Below, one piece after another: positions 13,148-26,293 of a stretch of DNA of 64,000 bases. The notes under the pieces were generated by a model that had not been told where the DNA came from, did no database searches, and saw nothing but the letters and a program-made list of their open reading frames with translations. The DNA is from Lingula anatina (taxonomy: Eukaryota; Animalia; Brachiopoda): the NCBI GenBank assembly GCA_051362555.1, contig CM120645.1, forward strand, positions 1,922,001-1,986,000, in the 5' to 3' direction. Made by a program: the position numbers and the translations under genes. Each line of letters opens with the position of its first letter. The first letter of the stretch is position 1.

Positions 13148-15871
13148 CTCTAATAAGTGAGCTGTCAGAGGTTTCCAGAGCACCTCCACGCGTGGAAGGT
13201 TCACTAGACCTGTCTCCAGGAGCTTGGCCACTGCAAACAGACTGGGTTCCTGGAATGAACAGACGGGAGATTTTATGTCCAATAAAGAAAAATAATTGAT
13301 AATGATAACATATAATAATCCTGAAATTAATAGAGGCTATTTAAATGCCAAAAAAAAGGCAAAATTGATTCTTAAAATTGGCAGCAATCATTTTTATGTC
13401 AAAGAAAGAGAAATAACTGAATCTTGAAATTGATAGTCTGACATCATTTTAATACAATAGAAAAGACATCACTGAATCCTGACACTTGGGGACAACATTC
13501 AAATACAAAAGAAAAAGAAATAATTGAATCCATGAAATTGATTGTCACCATTTAATACAAAAGAAGAGAAATAATAGATTACTTAAAGTGACAAGAATAA
13601 TGTGGATGTTGAACACAAGTAGCTCTGAGCAAGGTGTCATTGGCATGTACGCAAGAAACACCATGTTTGAGCCTAATGTTCACACAGTGTTATAATTGCT
13701 GTAATACTCACTCTAGTAGTGTATGCAGAGTGTTCCATAGACTCTGCTGAAAGTTTACATAAATACTGTAAGGCTTCATTCACATGCAATGTCTATTTTC
13801 TAAATTCTATTTTCTATTCGCGGTATGTCTTATGATCACGGTCTGTGCCCTGAATATCCCGCGGCGTAATTACTGGCAGCGCGAGCCAGTTACTATAAGT
13901 TACTATAAGTAACTTCTGGCAGCGCGAGCCAGTTACTATAAGTTACTATAAGTAACTGGCTCGCGCTGCCAGTAATTACGCGGCGGGATATTCAGGGCAC
14001 AGACCGTGATCATAAGATACCGCGAATAGAAAATAGATTTTTAGAAAATAGACATTCCATGTGAACGAAGCCTAATACTCACTCTAGTAGTGTATGCGGA
14101 GTGCTCCATGAACTCTGCGGAAAGTTTACATAAATACTGTAATACTTACTCTAGTAGTGTATGCTGAGTGTTCCATAGACTCTGCTGAAAGTTTACATAA
14201 ATACTGTAATACTCACTCTAGTAGTGTATGCAGAGTATTCCATAGACTCTGCTGAAAGTTTACATAAATACTGTAATACTCACTCTAGTAGTGTATGCTG
14301 AGTGTTCCATAGACTCTGCTGAAAGTTTACATAAATACTGTAATACTCACTCTAGTAGTGTATGCGGAGTGCTCCATAGACTCTGCTGAAAGTTTACATA
14401 GAGCATCTATCAAATGGTGGAGTGCCACATCATCTAGGTACCTGAGTGAGAGGAAGAAATGGAATAAAAATAATGATTATTACTACTTATATAATTACTA
14501 TTTATTATTATAATTATTAGAATACATGAAAAAGAAAAAGGTGACATAAAAGATCTAATAAACTAACCATATCATGTCAGAAAAATTTTTTTGCAAGTAA
14601 CTGAAATTAAGAAGTCACAAATAAGAAAAAATGGTATAACTGATGCATGATACAGCTGTGAGAAAGATAATGTTTTCAAATATTACACTTTTTATTTATT
14701 TACTTATTAATTTACTTATTTATTTATTTATTTATTTACCACTTACTGTGAGCTTTCAAACAGTCTAGACAACATAGCTGACAGTACAGGCAGGTCGGCC
14801 ATGATGGCTGTGGTGATGACAGCGTTAGGACTCTCTGTCGCCTGCTTTGCTGCCTTCAGACTGCCTCCAGTGGCCGGCTTCAGGCCAAGTATCCAGACCA
14901 AGTGCTGAAATGTTTGGGCTTATTATAATTTTACAGCTTAAGGAGAAAAGACTGTGTGCATACACCATACAAATAACTCCATGGATTAAAATATAAAAAT
15001 GATTTCCAAGTCAAAGTGTTCTTCCTTGTGTATTGTGCACCAGCATTTCCTTCCCACATTCCCTGACTCAGTTTACATGTTAACATCTGTTGTATTTTAC
15101 AAAATGTACTTCAACGGTTGCACTGGAATTGTCAAGATGAATTCAACTAAGCAGTCCACAGCCAAACAAGCAAACAAACAAATAAAACAATAAGCCTGTA
15201 GTTTGCAGCATTTTAACATTACAGTTCACCAAAACTTTTTTTTTTTTTCATTTTCTAAACCACTTCTTTTTCACATGAAGTGTCCACCTCTGAAAACTGC
15301 TAGTAAAGCTGAGCTGGGCATGACATCAAGGGACTTGTCTGGTCCAGGTGGCAACAAATAATATGCAACCATTCTGTATGCTACTAAGTCAGACCAACCA
15401 GAACATAAACCCCCCATGCACACACCATCTATACACCCAGGGACAAGAAATAAGTTTAACCTGAGACACGGCACCTAAAAATATCAATTATAAATTCCAT
15501 GTACAAGTATAATGCAGTACTTACCTGTAGAGTGGTCAGAACCAGATGCCACGCTGACCCCAAGATGCCGCCATGACAGTGTGCCACACTCAGTATAGAG
15601 CGCATACACTGGATGTTCTTGGCTGTCAACTGAATAAACATAATACATCAACGGTCAAACTGGGTAATCAACTTTTCAAATTGCATAATAATACTCAATA
15701 TTTTGTATTGGGAATGTTATTATAACTACCAAATAGCCCATTTTACAAATCTGACATGGTAAGTCTTAAAGCACAAAGTTCATCTCCATATTCCCAATAT
15801 ACTGCTACTGTCTACAGCCACTACCCCACTACCAGACTTTTGTTTAATTTCTCACATTAAATTCAACATGC

Positions 15872-15910
<39 letters not shown>

Positions 15911-17714
15911 AACACACACACACACACACATTAACACACACACACATACATTAACACACATCCCCTCCTATATATAACTCACCATAACTGGTCCCTGCTG
16001 GGCCCCCATTGGGAGAGAAGCCGTGGGGAGGGCAGTGCCTACAGCCACCACTTGGCTCCTCTCTACAGCCTCTATGGTGGAGGAGGGCTGGAAATCTTGA
16101 CTAGGATGACGACTTGAGGGACCTGAACACAAAGACAGGGATAAATTATTAAAAGAAAACAAAAACAACCACAGGATGTACATATACAGCAGGTTGATGG
16201 TGATACTAAGATGGCAGATGCACAGTAAATATGAGACTACGTACTTCTGGCCGTGGGACTGTTAGAGGGACCATTGAGAACTGTCAGTGCGTAATGTGGC
16301 GGCAACGAAGCTTTGCACAACGAGGTGATGAATGCATCGCGCGGTGTTGTCATGCCCAGTTCGCCGCACATGCTGGCATACGTCTGCTGCGATTTCAAGA
16401 TGGCTTCTGTTGCACTTTCATCGGTGCTGAAAAATTAAACTCTTGAGTGAAAGAATTAAATCTATTGGAAGATATGTGAGAGTGCACTTCTCTTTGAAAA
16501 TTAAATGTTTAATGATTAAAAGAATATATCTAACAGATTGGCATATAGTGTTAACATTTGTAGTCTCAGTCTTTTTTTAATCAACTCATCCAGTATCTGT
16601 CAAAATCCCTTTTTTTTTTCTAGTCTGCTTCTGTGACATACAATTCAAAACCTGTGGCTTCTTTCACAAAAGAAAGTTAAACTCAGCATCCCAGTACAGT
16701 TACTACTGAGATAATGGCAGATATAGCTGTTGATAAACGTTTACCTGGCGTCTAAGAGTAGTGAGAGTGCAGCCAACATCCCTGTCCATGAGGACTCTAT
16801 TAGAGTCTGAAACAGCTGTTTTTCCACATCTGGATCTGAAATGTATTTTAAAATGAACTGTGTCTAAATTCCCTCTCCTTCTTATAACAAATCAGAGAGC
16901 TAAGTAAATGAGCTGGAATAAGAGGCATGTGGCTATACAATTTAAAGTAGAAAGTTTTTGTAGATGCAAAATATCTGGTGCTCATGAAATTAAATTATTA
17001 TGGGTGTATGTCTAAATTGAGATAAAAGTCATCAGAACATTAAAACATTTGGTGACCTCCATTTGTTTATGACTATTTTGTTAACTTTGTTTACAGCTGA
17101 AAGCTAACTGTAAAAAACTGTAAATCTCATTCCTTTTCATAGCTACTGTCAAACTAATAATAAGAAAACTTTTTAAAAACCAGAAGCTGCATATTCTATA
17201 TTATACCTAATTTCTCCTTTGCCTACTCTAAGAATGACCATAAAATTAAGTAAACTGTAATTACCGCTGAAAGCTGATTATGAAAAGAAAATCTTAAATC
17301 TCAATTCCTTTCACAGATACTGCCCAACAAAAGATAAGCGAAAACTTGTAATTACCAGAAGTTGTACATTATGCATAATAATATTACCTAATTTCTCCCT
17401 TGTCACTGCCTGCTCAGTGTCCACCTCAGAGTTCTGTTCAGATTTCTCACTGTCCCCCGTGGCACTTCTATTCCTTGTTTTATTCTCCTCCAGCACCAGC
17501 TGCACGCCGCGGACGATCTCCAGTAAACACTGGAACGCCAGCGAGATGCCGTATCCATCTGGGATTTGAGGGGGATCCAGCTTCTCTAGCATTTCAACAC
17601 TGAGAGAGAATGATGAAATTTGTCAAATCACTGGGTATTATAAGAAAGTAATGTATATTATAAGAAGTAGATATTCTGAATGACAGAGGAGTGATAATAT
17701 AAATATAGATAACT

Positions 17715-17785
<71 letters not shown>

Positions 17786-20700
17786 AATCCACTTACAACA
17801 CAGGTTTTGGTGTGTTCTGTGGTACATTCATGACAATGGGGATCCAGACGCCTCTGTATACAAAGGCTGCCTGGGGTGTCACTCCACTCCCTACAGGCAT
17901 CCCTGCCACCAGGGAGGGGGGCTGCCCCTGGGTATCTGGAGCCTTCGCACCTGAAACACATTAACAATATTGGTAATGAAAAGAGTCATCCAATTTAAAC
18001 TAAAGTTGTATTTTACTACTGTGAATTATTCCTGTAAGTTTGAAATGAATAATTTGTTTTATTTTCTTTTTACTGCGTTTACGAGAAAAGAAAACAAGAA
18101 AATGTACAGAGAAAGCAATGAAGAACACAGGTGATGACTAGGTATATATATGTCCAGACACAATGCTTATTTTTTTAAAAGTTACTTTCTTACAAATTTT
18201 TCAAACATGAACCTTACAAACTATATGAACCAATCATCATTTTAGGAAATATCACTATTTTGTTGTAATTTAAGACTGGATTTCCACAGATTTAGATTGA
18301 TCAATCTGGATTGACCTAACTCCCTGGGAGTTCACGCTAAATTGCTGTCAGCTTCCGGGAGCCGAGCGCGCACAAAAGATAATTACCCCCTTACAGCTTT
18401 TAGTAGGCAGGACAGACATTTAAGCCGGTTAAACTGGCAGCAATCTAGTGAGACTCCCCAGGGGGATAGATCAGTCTAAATATCTGTGGGATTGGTCTCT
18501 AAATGTGACCATCCTGGACCTCTGGATAAATCTGGAAGATATTCATCTGTGCATATTTACCTTGTTGGACCACCAGTGCCGTGGGGGGACTCATAAACAG
18601 TGACTGGATGAAAGCCCCCAGGGCGTTGACTATGTCACGAAATATTTTGGTGGAATGTGGTTTCATGTCATAACTTTGGCAGAAGCTCCTGCAAAGTGAA
18701 AGAAAATATGTTTAACACATTAATTCTATTACACGAGTTCAATCTAAGCGATAAATATACATTAAACCTGTCCAATCACATACTACAAATTTTACAGTAA
18801 ATGTTGAAAAGATGAAATAAACAGCCAACCCAAGTTCACCGTAATCACTCCTTCAGGGTGTGCAGACATGCTTGGCTCACCTGAGGAGGTGTGGCTGATT
18901 GCACAGTTTCAGCAGCACTTCCAGAGCCAGGGCTCTCTGCCACATGGGTTTCTCTGGATCCAGAAACTTCACCAGCAAGGACAGGAAAATTTCACACTCT
19001 GTGTTCTAAAGGAAATGATTCACATAATTATATGAGATTTTATTAGTAGAGAAACAATGACAAACTTCTTACAATATGAAGGTTTTATATCTTTGTCATT
19101 CAAATCACATCTACATTGAACCTTTGTATTTTATATGTCTTCTAGTCAAGCGTACTAAATTAATTTCTTTTTTTTATTAACACTAAATTAATTTTTTTTT
19201 ATTAATAGTTTTACAGGATAACCTCAGAATAATGCAAAACTGGTTTCTTTTAATTATAATATCAATTTTTCTGGTTCATGTAGACTTGAAAATATCATAT
19301 CAATAATTCAGTAAAGTTATGACAACTCATTCTTGGATCACATCAGTACAAAGATGTCTGATAAAAATGAAAACTTTAGTTTTTCAACATGCCTTTACTA
19401 TGAGCTAAATTCAATATTGTTTTATTCCAACCAGTAAGCACCAAGACTACATATATTATTACTTACTAATAATGAATAATAATGCCTGATTAACACAGAA
19501 ACAATCCTCAACAGTCGCAGTACAATAGGAAAATACGGCTTTTCTGCTGGCACTGGTGACGGCAGTTGAGGGCCTCCTTGGCGATATTTCAAACTCGGTG
19601 AAAACAGCTTTATCACCAGAGGGCAGACGCGTTCTTTCAAGAGGAAACAGAATTCAGGGTGCTAATAAGGTAAAAATATGAGGTGTATTAAAAATCATTT
19701 AATATAAGGTGTTGAACATTGATTAATGGACATTTTATATTTATAGACAATCATCATTTACCAGAATGATGAAAATCTTTTTGAATATTTAAGGCCACAA
19801 GATTTGATAGTACCTAGGATCCAAGATAGTACTGAAATAAACTTCACTTAACTTATGGAATCTTTTGGGAAATATCAGTCACTCAAGCTAAGGCCACTGT
19901 CTTATTACTATATTATGTACATCTTTTTTATTATTTTAACAATATATTCATACAATAATTCAGTCCTACGTATTTGATATACCCTTCACTTATATTTATT
20001 ACATTTTCACATTCATAACGATTACTGTTCATATCTATCTCTTTACTAAGTGGGAGAGGGTTATAGTCACATACAAGTAATTATTACCCACATCTTAAGA
20101 TCCTTTATTTATTATAATGTAGAGAGATGTTTACCTTTAAGAAAGTGTTAGGAAAAGATGTGAGGACTTCTTCCATCAGCTCCAGTCCAAAGGTCCTGGT
20201 CATCTCAGTCATCCCCACTAACCAGAATGGCTGGTCAGCATTGACCAGTTGACAGAGATCCTGGAATGATGAAAAGTCAGCAAAGCTGTCAAATGTACAG
20301 ACCAATATTAGTGAAAAACTAAAATGATGGAAAAAGGGAAAAGTGTAACTTTGTTGAGTCAAATAATGTGACCTCTTTCATTTGTGTAAAAGTCCTAGCA
20401 AGTTTTAGTTTATCTGTACATGTCTGAGCCCACTGAGGAAACTGAGCCTGTCTGGTAGTACTTACTTGAAATAAGAGGTAACCATCCTGAGCACAGGGTC
20501 TGAGAGACTTGGGAGGAGTCTTGCTGCCAACCTTTAACTCATCCAATGATACGGTCTCCAGGGGTTCTGAAGAGGGCAAAATATGACAACGGCATTTATT
20601 ACATGACACAAAGATTTTTTATATTATCATTTAAAAAAATATATTCACAATAAATATAAAAAAAGAAAAAGGAGCATACCAAGTGCAAAAGAAACAGACA

Positions 20701-21582
20701 GACAAATAGCCCGTTAAACTGACCAACAGACAAACCAACAGAATTATACACTCTGAAAATAACAAACATACACCCAGAAGGAAAGACAAACACAGTGGGT
20801 CAAACTGACAGGCAGACAGACAGACACACAGACAGACAGGCAGACAGAACGTCAAACTGACCACCAGACATGTACCTTGTGACTGCACACTGTCTTCAGT
20901 GACCACCCTCTCAAACACCACACTGACCAGCTGTCTGACCGTGGCCGCCGCCGTGTTGATGGTGATGCTGTCTTTGGCGAAGTGGAGACGAAAACACAGC
21001 ACTATGGCCTGGGGAGAAAAACATAACAGAACATCACTCATGTAGTCTTAAGTGTATTATTGTCACTTAACCTGTCCAAATGCCTTCATATAGTTTCATA
21101 ATACAAGAAGTATGTCAGGGTTTTGTTTCCTTATTTTCTTTTTATTTCATAACGAACTTGAGGGATGGAAATATAGGTCAAGTTTACAACAAGATGCTTA
21201 AAGAAGGGGCAGTTCTTAAGCCTTCTTTCAACTAACTTGGGTTATTTTTTGGCATGGCATTATGAGGATTTTATTTGAATTGTATAAGAAACTAGTAACA
21301 GTAATTTGTATGCATTGCAATGGATGTACACAGCTGTTGTCACACTTGTTTTGTCTCTTTAAACTAAATGATTTTCACAAGTGTGATAAATGACACCATA
21401 CCTTGGCCAGCGACTCATGTTGTACAACAGAATTGGTAGTGAGCAGGAGAATGGCTGTCTGCAGCAGCCGGAGTTCCTCAGTGCCGGCCTCCATCAGGTT
21501 CCACAGGACATTGATGATGTTGTTGGCTGCAGGCTGAAAGAGAGATAGGTGCTGTAATATTAAACCTGTTCCTTGGGCATTC

Positions 21583-21636
<54 letters not shown>

Positions 21637-23145
21637 TTTGTTCAGAATATTGGCAGACATGGGATCTCCATAGTTCTTGTTCTTTGGCATTTACATGTAT
21701 GATCAACTCTTTAGTTTTAAGTATGATTTATTGGCTGAGGCTCTGTGTGTATGTTTACCTTAAGTTTGCTTTTCTCTAGCTCTTTTTCAATGCTGATTAA
21801 AAGGATCTGATGTAACTTCATTTCTTTTGTAAGGATGTGGCCTAGAAATTTCACTTCACTTCTGCTGTATCATTACCATATCTTGTTACAATTCAGTTAC
21901 AGAAATATCTTAAAAGCAAGTTTAACCTATCTCACCATAGAAACTGCCTCATGCTGGATCAGCCTCTGTACTGCTGTCAAACATATTTGAACAACTCTCA
22001 CGTGCTTGGTGTCACAGCCCAGAAGAAACGGCTGTACAATATCTGAGCTTGCTGATAATAATCCTACAATAAAACAGTTCATCTTTTTTATTATAAGATT
22101 TTCAAAGTAGGGAAAACCTATGAAAGACATATTTACTTCTGTGTATATTGAGAATGGTGTTTTATTGATATTTTATAATAAATATGTGTACACGACAATC
22201 TCAATTTAAGGTCAAATTAAAAATTTTGATATTGGTTTGCACTATTTGCCATGTCTCCACACATTTGCTCTAGTTTGGTAAAATTTTAGTCAAAATAAAT
22301 TGGTATACTACATCTTAATTAGATATTATGGCCTTACCTCCAAGAATGTCTCCTTGTTTTGTCGATATAGTTTTTATCTTCAAAATCCCAGCCTCTGCAG
22401 CCTAAACAAAAATAAGATATACAAAGTAAGAGGTCACTTATTAATGCTTTAACAACATTATCCCCTCTAACAAAATTAGGTTATTACCAATATACACCCC
22501 TCCCACATTGTTACTCCCCCCTCACTGACATTCCCTCCTCCCCCTCCCCCATTGATTTTTACATCACAGGAAGGCATTTTTTTGTTATAGACATAAATGT
22601 TACATTTAGAGCAAGTATTTAAATTAAAAATTACCCCATAATGTTTTAGATACTCAGTGCTTATGTCCCATGTATACTGTGAGGTAGTTATGATCTCCAG
22701 AATATCATAGTAAGAATGAAGTGGAACTGATATGTTTGTCTCTATCTTGACTTCAGTTTTAATCCGTGTATATAGACTTGCAATAACTGCGACAAAATAA
22801 TAAGCTGATACCAATAAAGCCTTCTAACACTATCCACCCTGGGTAATTGAGATTAAGGACATGACAACCATTTAAGAAAAAAGCACTGAAATAAAAGCTC
22901 CAACACAACCAGTTGTGTCACCTACAAATATCTATGCATTCTGATGCTCAGTTTTGGTAAACACGGCAGAAGTTGAGTATAAACTGCGAGTTCGGAAAAT
23001 AAAATTTCAATGAAATTATTTAGATTGCCGGCCGGTAGCGTACCTCTTTGACAGGAGGGAATTTCCTTTTGGTTTCGCTGGAAAGAGCTCTGAGGTCGCT
23101 CTGCAAGTTCTCCACCAGCTTCTTTACGGCTGACTGTGATTGCAT
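13148..23145 (-). CDS. MON2: Protein MON2 homolog (Arf-GEF-like DCB/HUS/HDS endosome-Golgi trafficking protein), 5' part, 19 coding exons; gene continues beyond the left edge of the window
   Basis: GT-AG exons with consistent phases: 23145-23044, 22401-22338, 22063-21936, 21533-21402, 21008-20876, 20566-20466, 20260-20135, 19661-19467, 19005-18881, 18688-18561, 17950-17797, 17599-17388, 16835-16745, 16426-16245, 16122-15983, 15629-15525, 14904-14747, 14441-14351, 13249-13148. The spliced translation ([34 protein letters not shown]...[28 protein letters not shown]...[19 protein letters not shown]...[34 protein letters not shown]) is colinear with human MON2 as recalled. The next expected exon (VCQHP...) was not found in 1-13147. 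Confidence 0.97.
13330..13600. repeat. Degenerate ~52-bp AT-rich tandem repeat in MON2 intron 18
   Basis: Recurrent caaa(a)gaa..gaaataa.tgaatc.tgaaattga....cattt.aata blocks. Confidence 0.6.
13699..14400 (-). repeat. Six copies of a 67-bp unit = last 50 nt of MON2 exon 18 + 5' splice site; MITE inserted before the last copy
   Basis: Exon-end positions 14351, 14284, 14217, 14150, 14083 (67-bp period) and 13712 (67+304). Each is followed on the minus strand by GTGAGT or GTAAGT. Confidence 0.95.
13772..14072. mobile_element. Palindromic MITE, PIF/Harbinger (Tourist)-like, 301 bp, TAA target-site duplication
   Basis: Termini GGCTTCATTCACATG / CATGTGAACGAAGCC and ~120-bp near-perfect inverted arms. 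TAA at 13769-13771 and 14073-14075. The empty site (ATACTGTAATACTCAC) is visible in neighbouring repeat units. Confidence 0.92.
15871..15960. repeat. (CA)n microsatellite, interrupted
   Basis: Direct reading. Confidence 0.95.
17088..17405 (-). repeat. Old diverged tandem duplication (~180-bp offset) of the MON2 exon 12 3' end, donor and proximal intron
   Basis: GGAGAAATTAG|GT occurs at 17388 and again at 17207. Further colinear matched blocks: accagaag; taaatctca..tcctt; gctgaaagct. Confidence 0.75.
17718..17783. repeat. (GA)n microsatellite
   Basis: Direct reading. Confidence 0.95.
18270..18503. mobile_element. Same ~240-bp repeat family, copy 2 (opposite orientation), in MON2 intron 10
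   Basis: See 3234-3480; imperfect TIRs taagactggatttccacagat / atctgtgggattggtctcta. Confidence 0.75.
21586..21634. repeat. (CT)n microsatellite
   Basis: Direct reading. Confidence 0.95.
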
Positions 23146-23911
23146 GCTTAGACGATCTTCAAGTTCTTCAGCCCAAAGCAACTTGTAAATTACAGTTCCT
23201 CCCTCGCGGAGACGAAGTAGCAGGAGCAGCTCCTAAAGCAGTGGGCTTGAGTGATTTTTAATTACTGTGGTGTCAGACTCGGCACGTCATGCAAGTATTT
23301 CGACTGTGCATACAATACAATAAAAGCAATACGGTGATGGAGTAATTCGCAAAGTTTTTTTTCTGACACAGGTTTATTTTCGACTGCAGGCTGCCATATT
23401 GTAGTGTCATACTTCCTCCAAGAAGCTAAAGAGGGCGGATTAAGACAAGATGAGCTTATTAAATATGCATACATGCATTATCTGTTTGCTTATGTAAGAC
23501 ATGGATCATTAGAAATTATCTAAATATTGTTTTCTTTATTTTCTTTTTCATCACATCTCTAAATTTCTTACTTAGATTGGTTAAGTATGGGTTGTGTTTT
23601 ATGTTGGCAATATAGTCTCAAATCTAGTTTAAGCTGAATGTTTTTCAACAGATAGTAAAGTAAAAATATTTGGTATATTTCCTTTCACATATTCATTTTC
23701 ATACTTAAACTGGCTAATTTTATTAAGATTTAAAGGTACATTTGCACAAGAAAATCTCATTAACGTTCTTTGAGTATTCGAGACTTATGCGCGAAATTCT
23801 GCGCACTTTACCAAGTGACGTGGATCGGTGCGAGGTGGCATTTTGTGTCAAAAAACATACCGCTGATTCTCGTGTATATTTACTAGGACAGAACATTTAC
23901 CATCGTTTGCT
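23146..23911. promoter_or_regulatory. Bidirectional promoter / 5' UTR region of MON2 and gamma-COP
   Basis: Divergent ATGs 766 bp apart, with local CpG enrichment at both ends. TGACGTG at 23283-23289 (minus) and TGACGTGG at 23816-23823 (plus). Confidence 0.8.
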
Positions 23912-26240
23912 ATGAGTTTTTTGAAAAGAGATAAAAAGGAGGAAGAGGAAGGTAAGGAAAATAAGTACGATCCAAGTATTTTGCAGCTGAAATGTAGAAA
24001 AGCCGGTGCCTGGTTTGATCAGCTGAATATTTTTTGCCAAATATTTACTGTCAATCGCGTGCAAATTTCACACATTTTTTTAAAATCTGTCACTGCCTTT
24101 AGGACTTACTATGTAAGTAAGCAGCATCGCTTCCTGAACAGGAGGGCTTCATGTACTTAACACTTCCTAATTCTTTTCTTTTCGAGTGAAAAAGTGAGAA
24201 GTATGAAATGTGAAAATAAACTACAGATTGATTAAGTTGATGTGTAGCTGCTTTTTTATGTTTTAATGATATACACTTCTCTTTCGTTTTATTTTTTAAT
24301 CTTGTAGCATATTTAAACCGAATTCAATTCTTTTTTATGTCTGTCACTTGTAAACTGTCATCTGTCAGTTCATATGTTTAATAAATAAAATGTCAGTGTT
24401 ACAGTCATTGGAACTACTCATTTGGAAACTGTTCCCCCCCCCCCCCCCCCCCCCTTCTGTCATCCCCTGTCAAATGCACCGTTTTTGAAAATTTGGTGAA
24501 AAGACTGAAAAGATTATAAGATGATGGTTGACCTAGGACTATCAAATGATTCTTTTTATGACACACTGTTTCAACAATTCTATATTTTTGTTTATATTAT
24601 TGCACCCCTAGAAACCAGTGTAATTTTTATATAAAGACATACTACATTGTCAGCATGACCAGATTCTGTTGTTTCACACCTTGTAGACTAGTTTAACACA
24701 AGGAAATCGAGATGTATATGTACAAAGACAAGGCACAGCCTGCTGAGAGTGAGTAGATGCCTGCCCTGACAGTATATACCATGCTTCATAGATAGTGGCA
24801 TTAATTGATGATGAAATGATGTGATGTGAAACCAATGTAGATATGGTTGTGCCATTTTTCTTTGCATGTTAGGAAAACAATGTGGACCAATCGGATCTGC
24901 AAACCTCAGGACTAACCTGGCTTTTTTTCCAGCAGTTAAACTTATCATCGTCTTGTTGATTTACACAGTCAAATGATTTATATTTTGTATTCTCTTTAAT
25001 TTTCCACTCACTTGCAATATCTACTACATTGATTGCTGTTATGAAAGCAGTAACTTCTGATTGATATTCCACTGCCTAAATGTTTCTGATGAATGCACTA
25101 CACTTGCCCTGACACTCTGCGTCACTCCCATCCCAACCCTTGCCAGTTCTTGCTCTCAAATTTTCTTGCAATAGTCATCCGAAGAAATGAATTTTGTTCT
25201 TGAAGTTCTGTGCAAATTTTGTATGCAAAAGCATTTAATCACATTAAATTCTTATTTGATTGTACAATTTTGACCCTGTGTTGATTCAAATGTTAGAACT
25301 CCCCACCCGCTAGTCCTTTTGAAATTAGTATTTTGATGATTGAAATAAAGTGTGATCACATACTAATGAATTATTCTAGCTCCCAACGGTTTTGAAAAAT
25401 AACAATAAGCACAGATTTGCCATAGGCATCATTTGAATTATTTTGTTTTGATTTTTGGTGTAAATTCCTTGTGTGGAAGGAAAAAGTATTTGTTGCAAAG
25501 TTGAAATTTAAATGTTGAGTTTCAGTTGTATTTACTTACTAAAAGATTAATATTACCATTTCTGAGTTAACACCTTTAAGTTGATATTCTCATACTTTCA
25601 ATTAGTTATCTTGCTTTGTGGTTGTTTCTTACTATTTATGGCACTATCAAGTCATTTCTTATTATTATGAATTGATTTGTCTGTTTTATAAATTCACTTC
25701 TCAATGTTTTGTATTCCAGGGGGTGGGAATCCATTCCAGCATATGGAAAAGGCCACTGTATTACAGGAGGTAACGTTTGCCTAATATTTTTTAATTTTTT
25801 CATTTCATCAAATAAAGTGAACTGTATTTGATATGTTATCTGATATATTTATTTACATGTCATTTTCCTTTATGTTTTTACCCCCAGGTATTTTGGTATT
25901 TCCTAATGTTGTTCTAATTCTTTATGGAAAAAAAAATAAGTTTGTTATCTACTTATTATTTTACAGATTGAAATTTTGGGAATGTCAAATGTGTAAATCA
26001 TGTTTATTAAACATGAAAGTTATTATTCTTCATATAATTATATCTTTATATATTTCAGGCCAGGACATTCAATGAGACACCAATCAATCCCAGAAAATGT
26101 CTCCACATCCTCACCAAGGTTCTATACCTGATCAACCAGGTAACAAAGCTTTTCTCTTTAATAATAATATATATAAATGATGTATTGCTTTAATCTTAAA
26201 ATGACAATGTGATGTTGAATTTTTCATTCATGCTGGTGTT

Positions 26241-26293
<53 letters not shown>

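Noticed and set aside
22680-22700. TGAGGTAGT let-7-like start
   Set aside because: Diverges after 9 nt and has no hairpin.
24800-25060. C/D snoRNA in gamma-COP intron 1 (ATGATGA)
   Set aside because: No suitably spaced CTGA D box or terminal stem.
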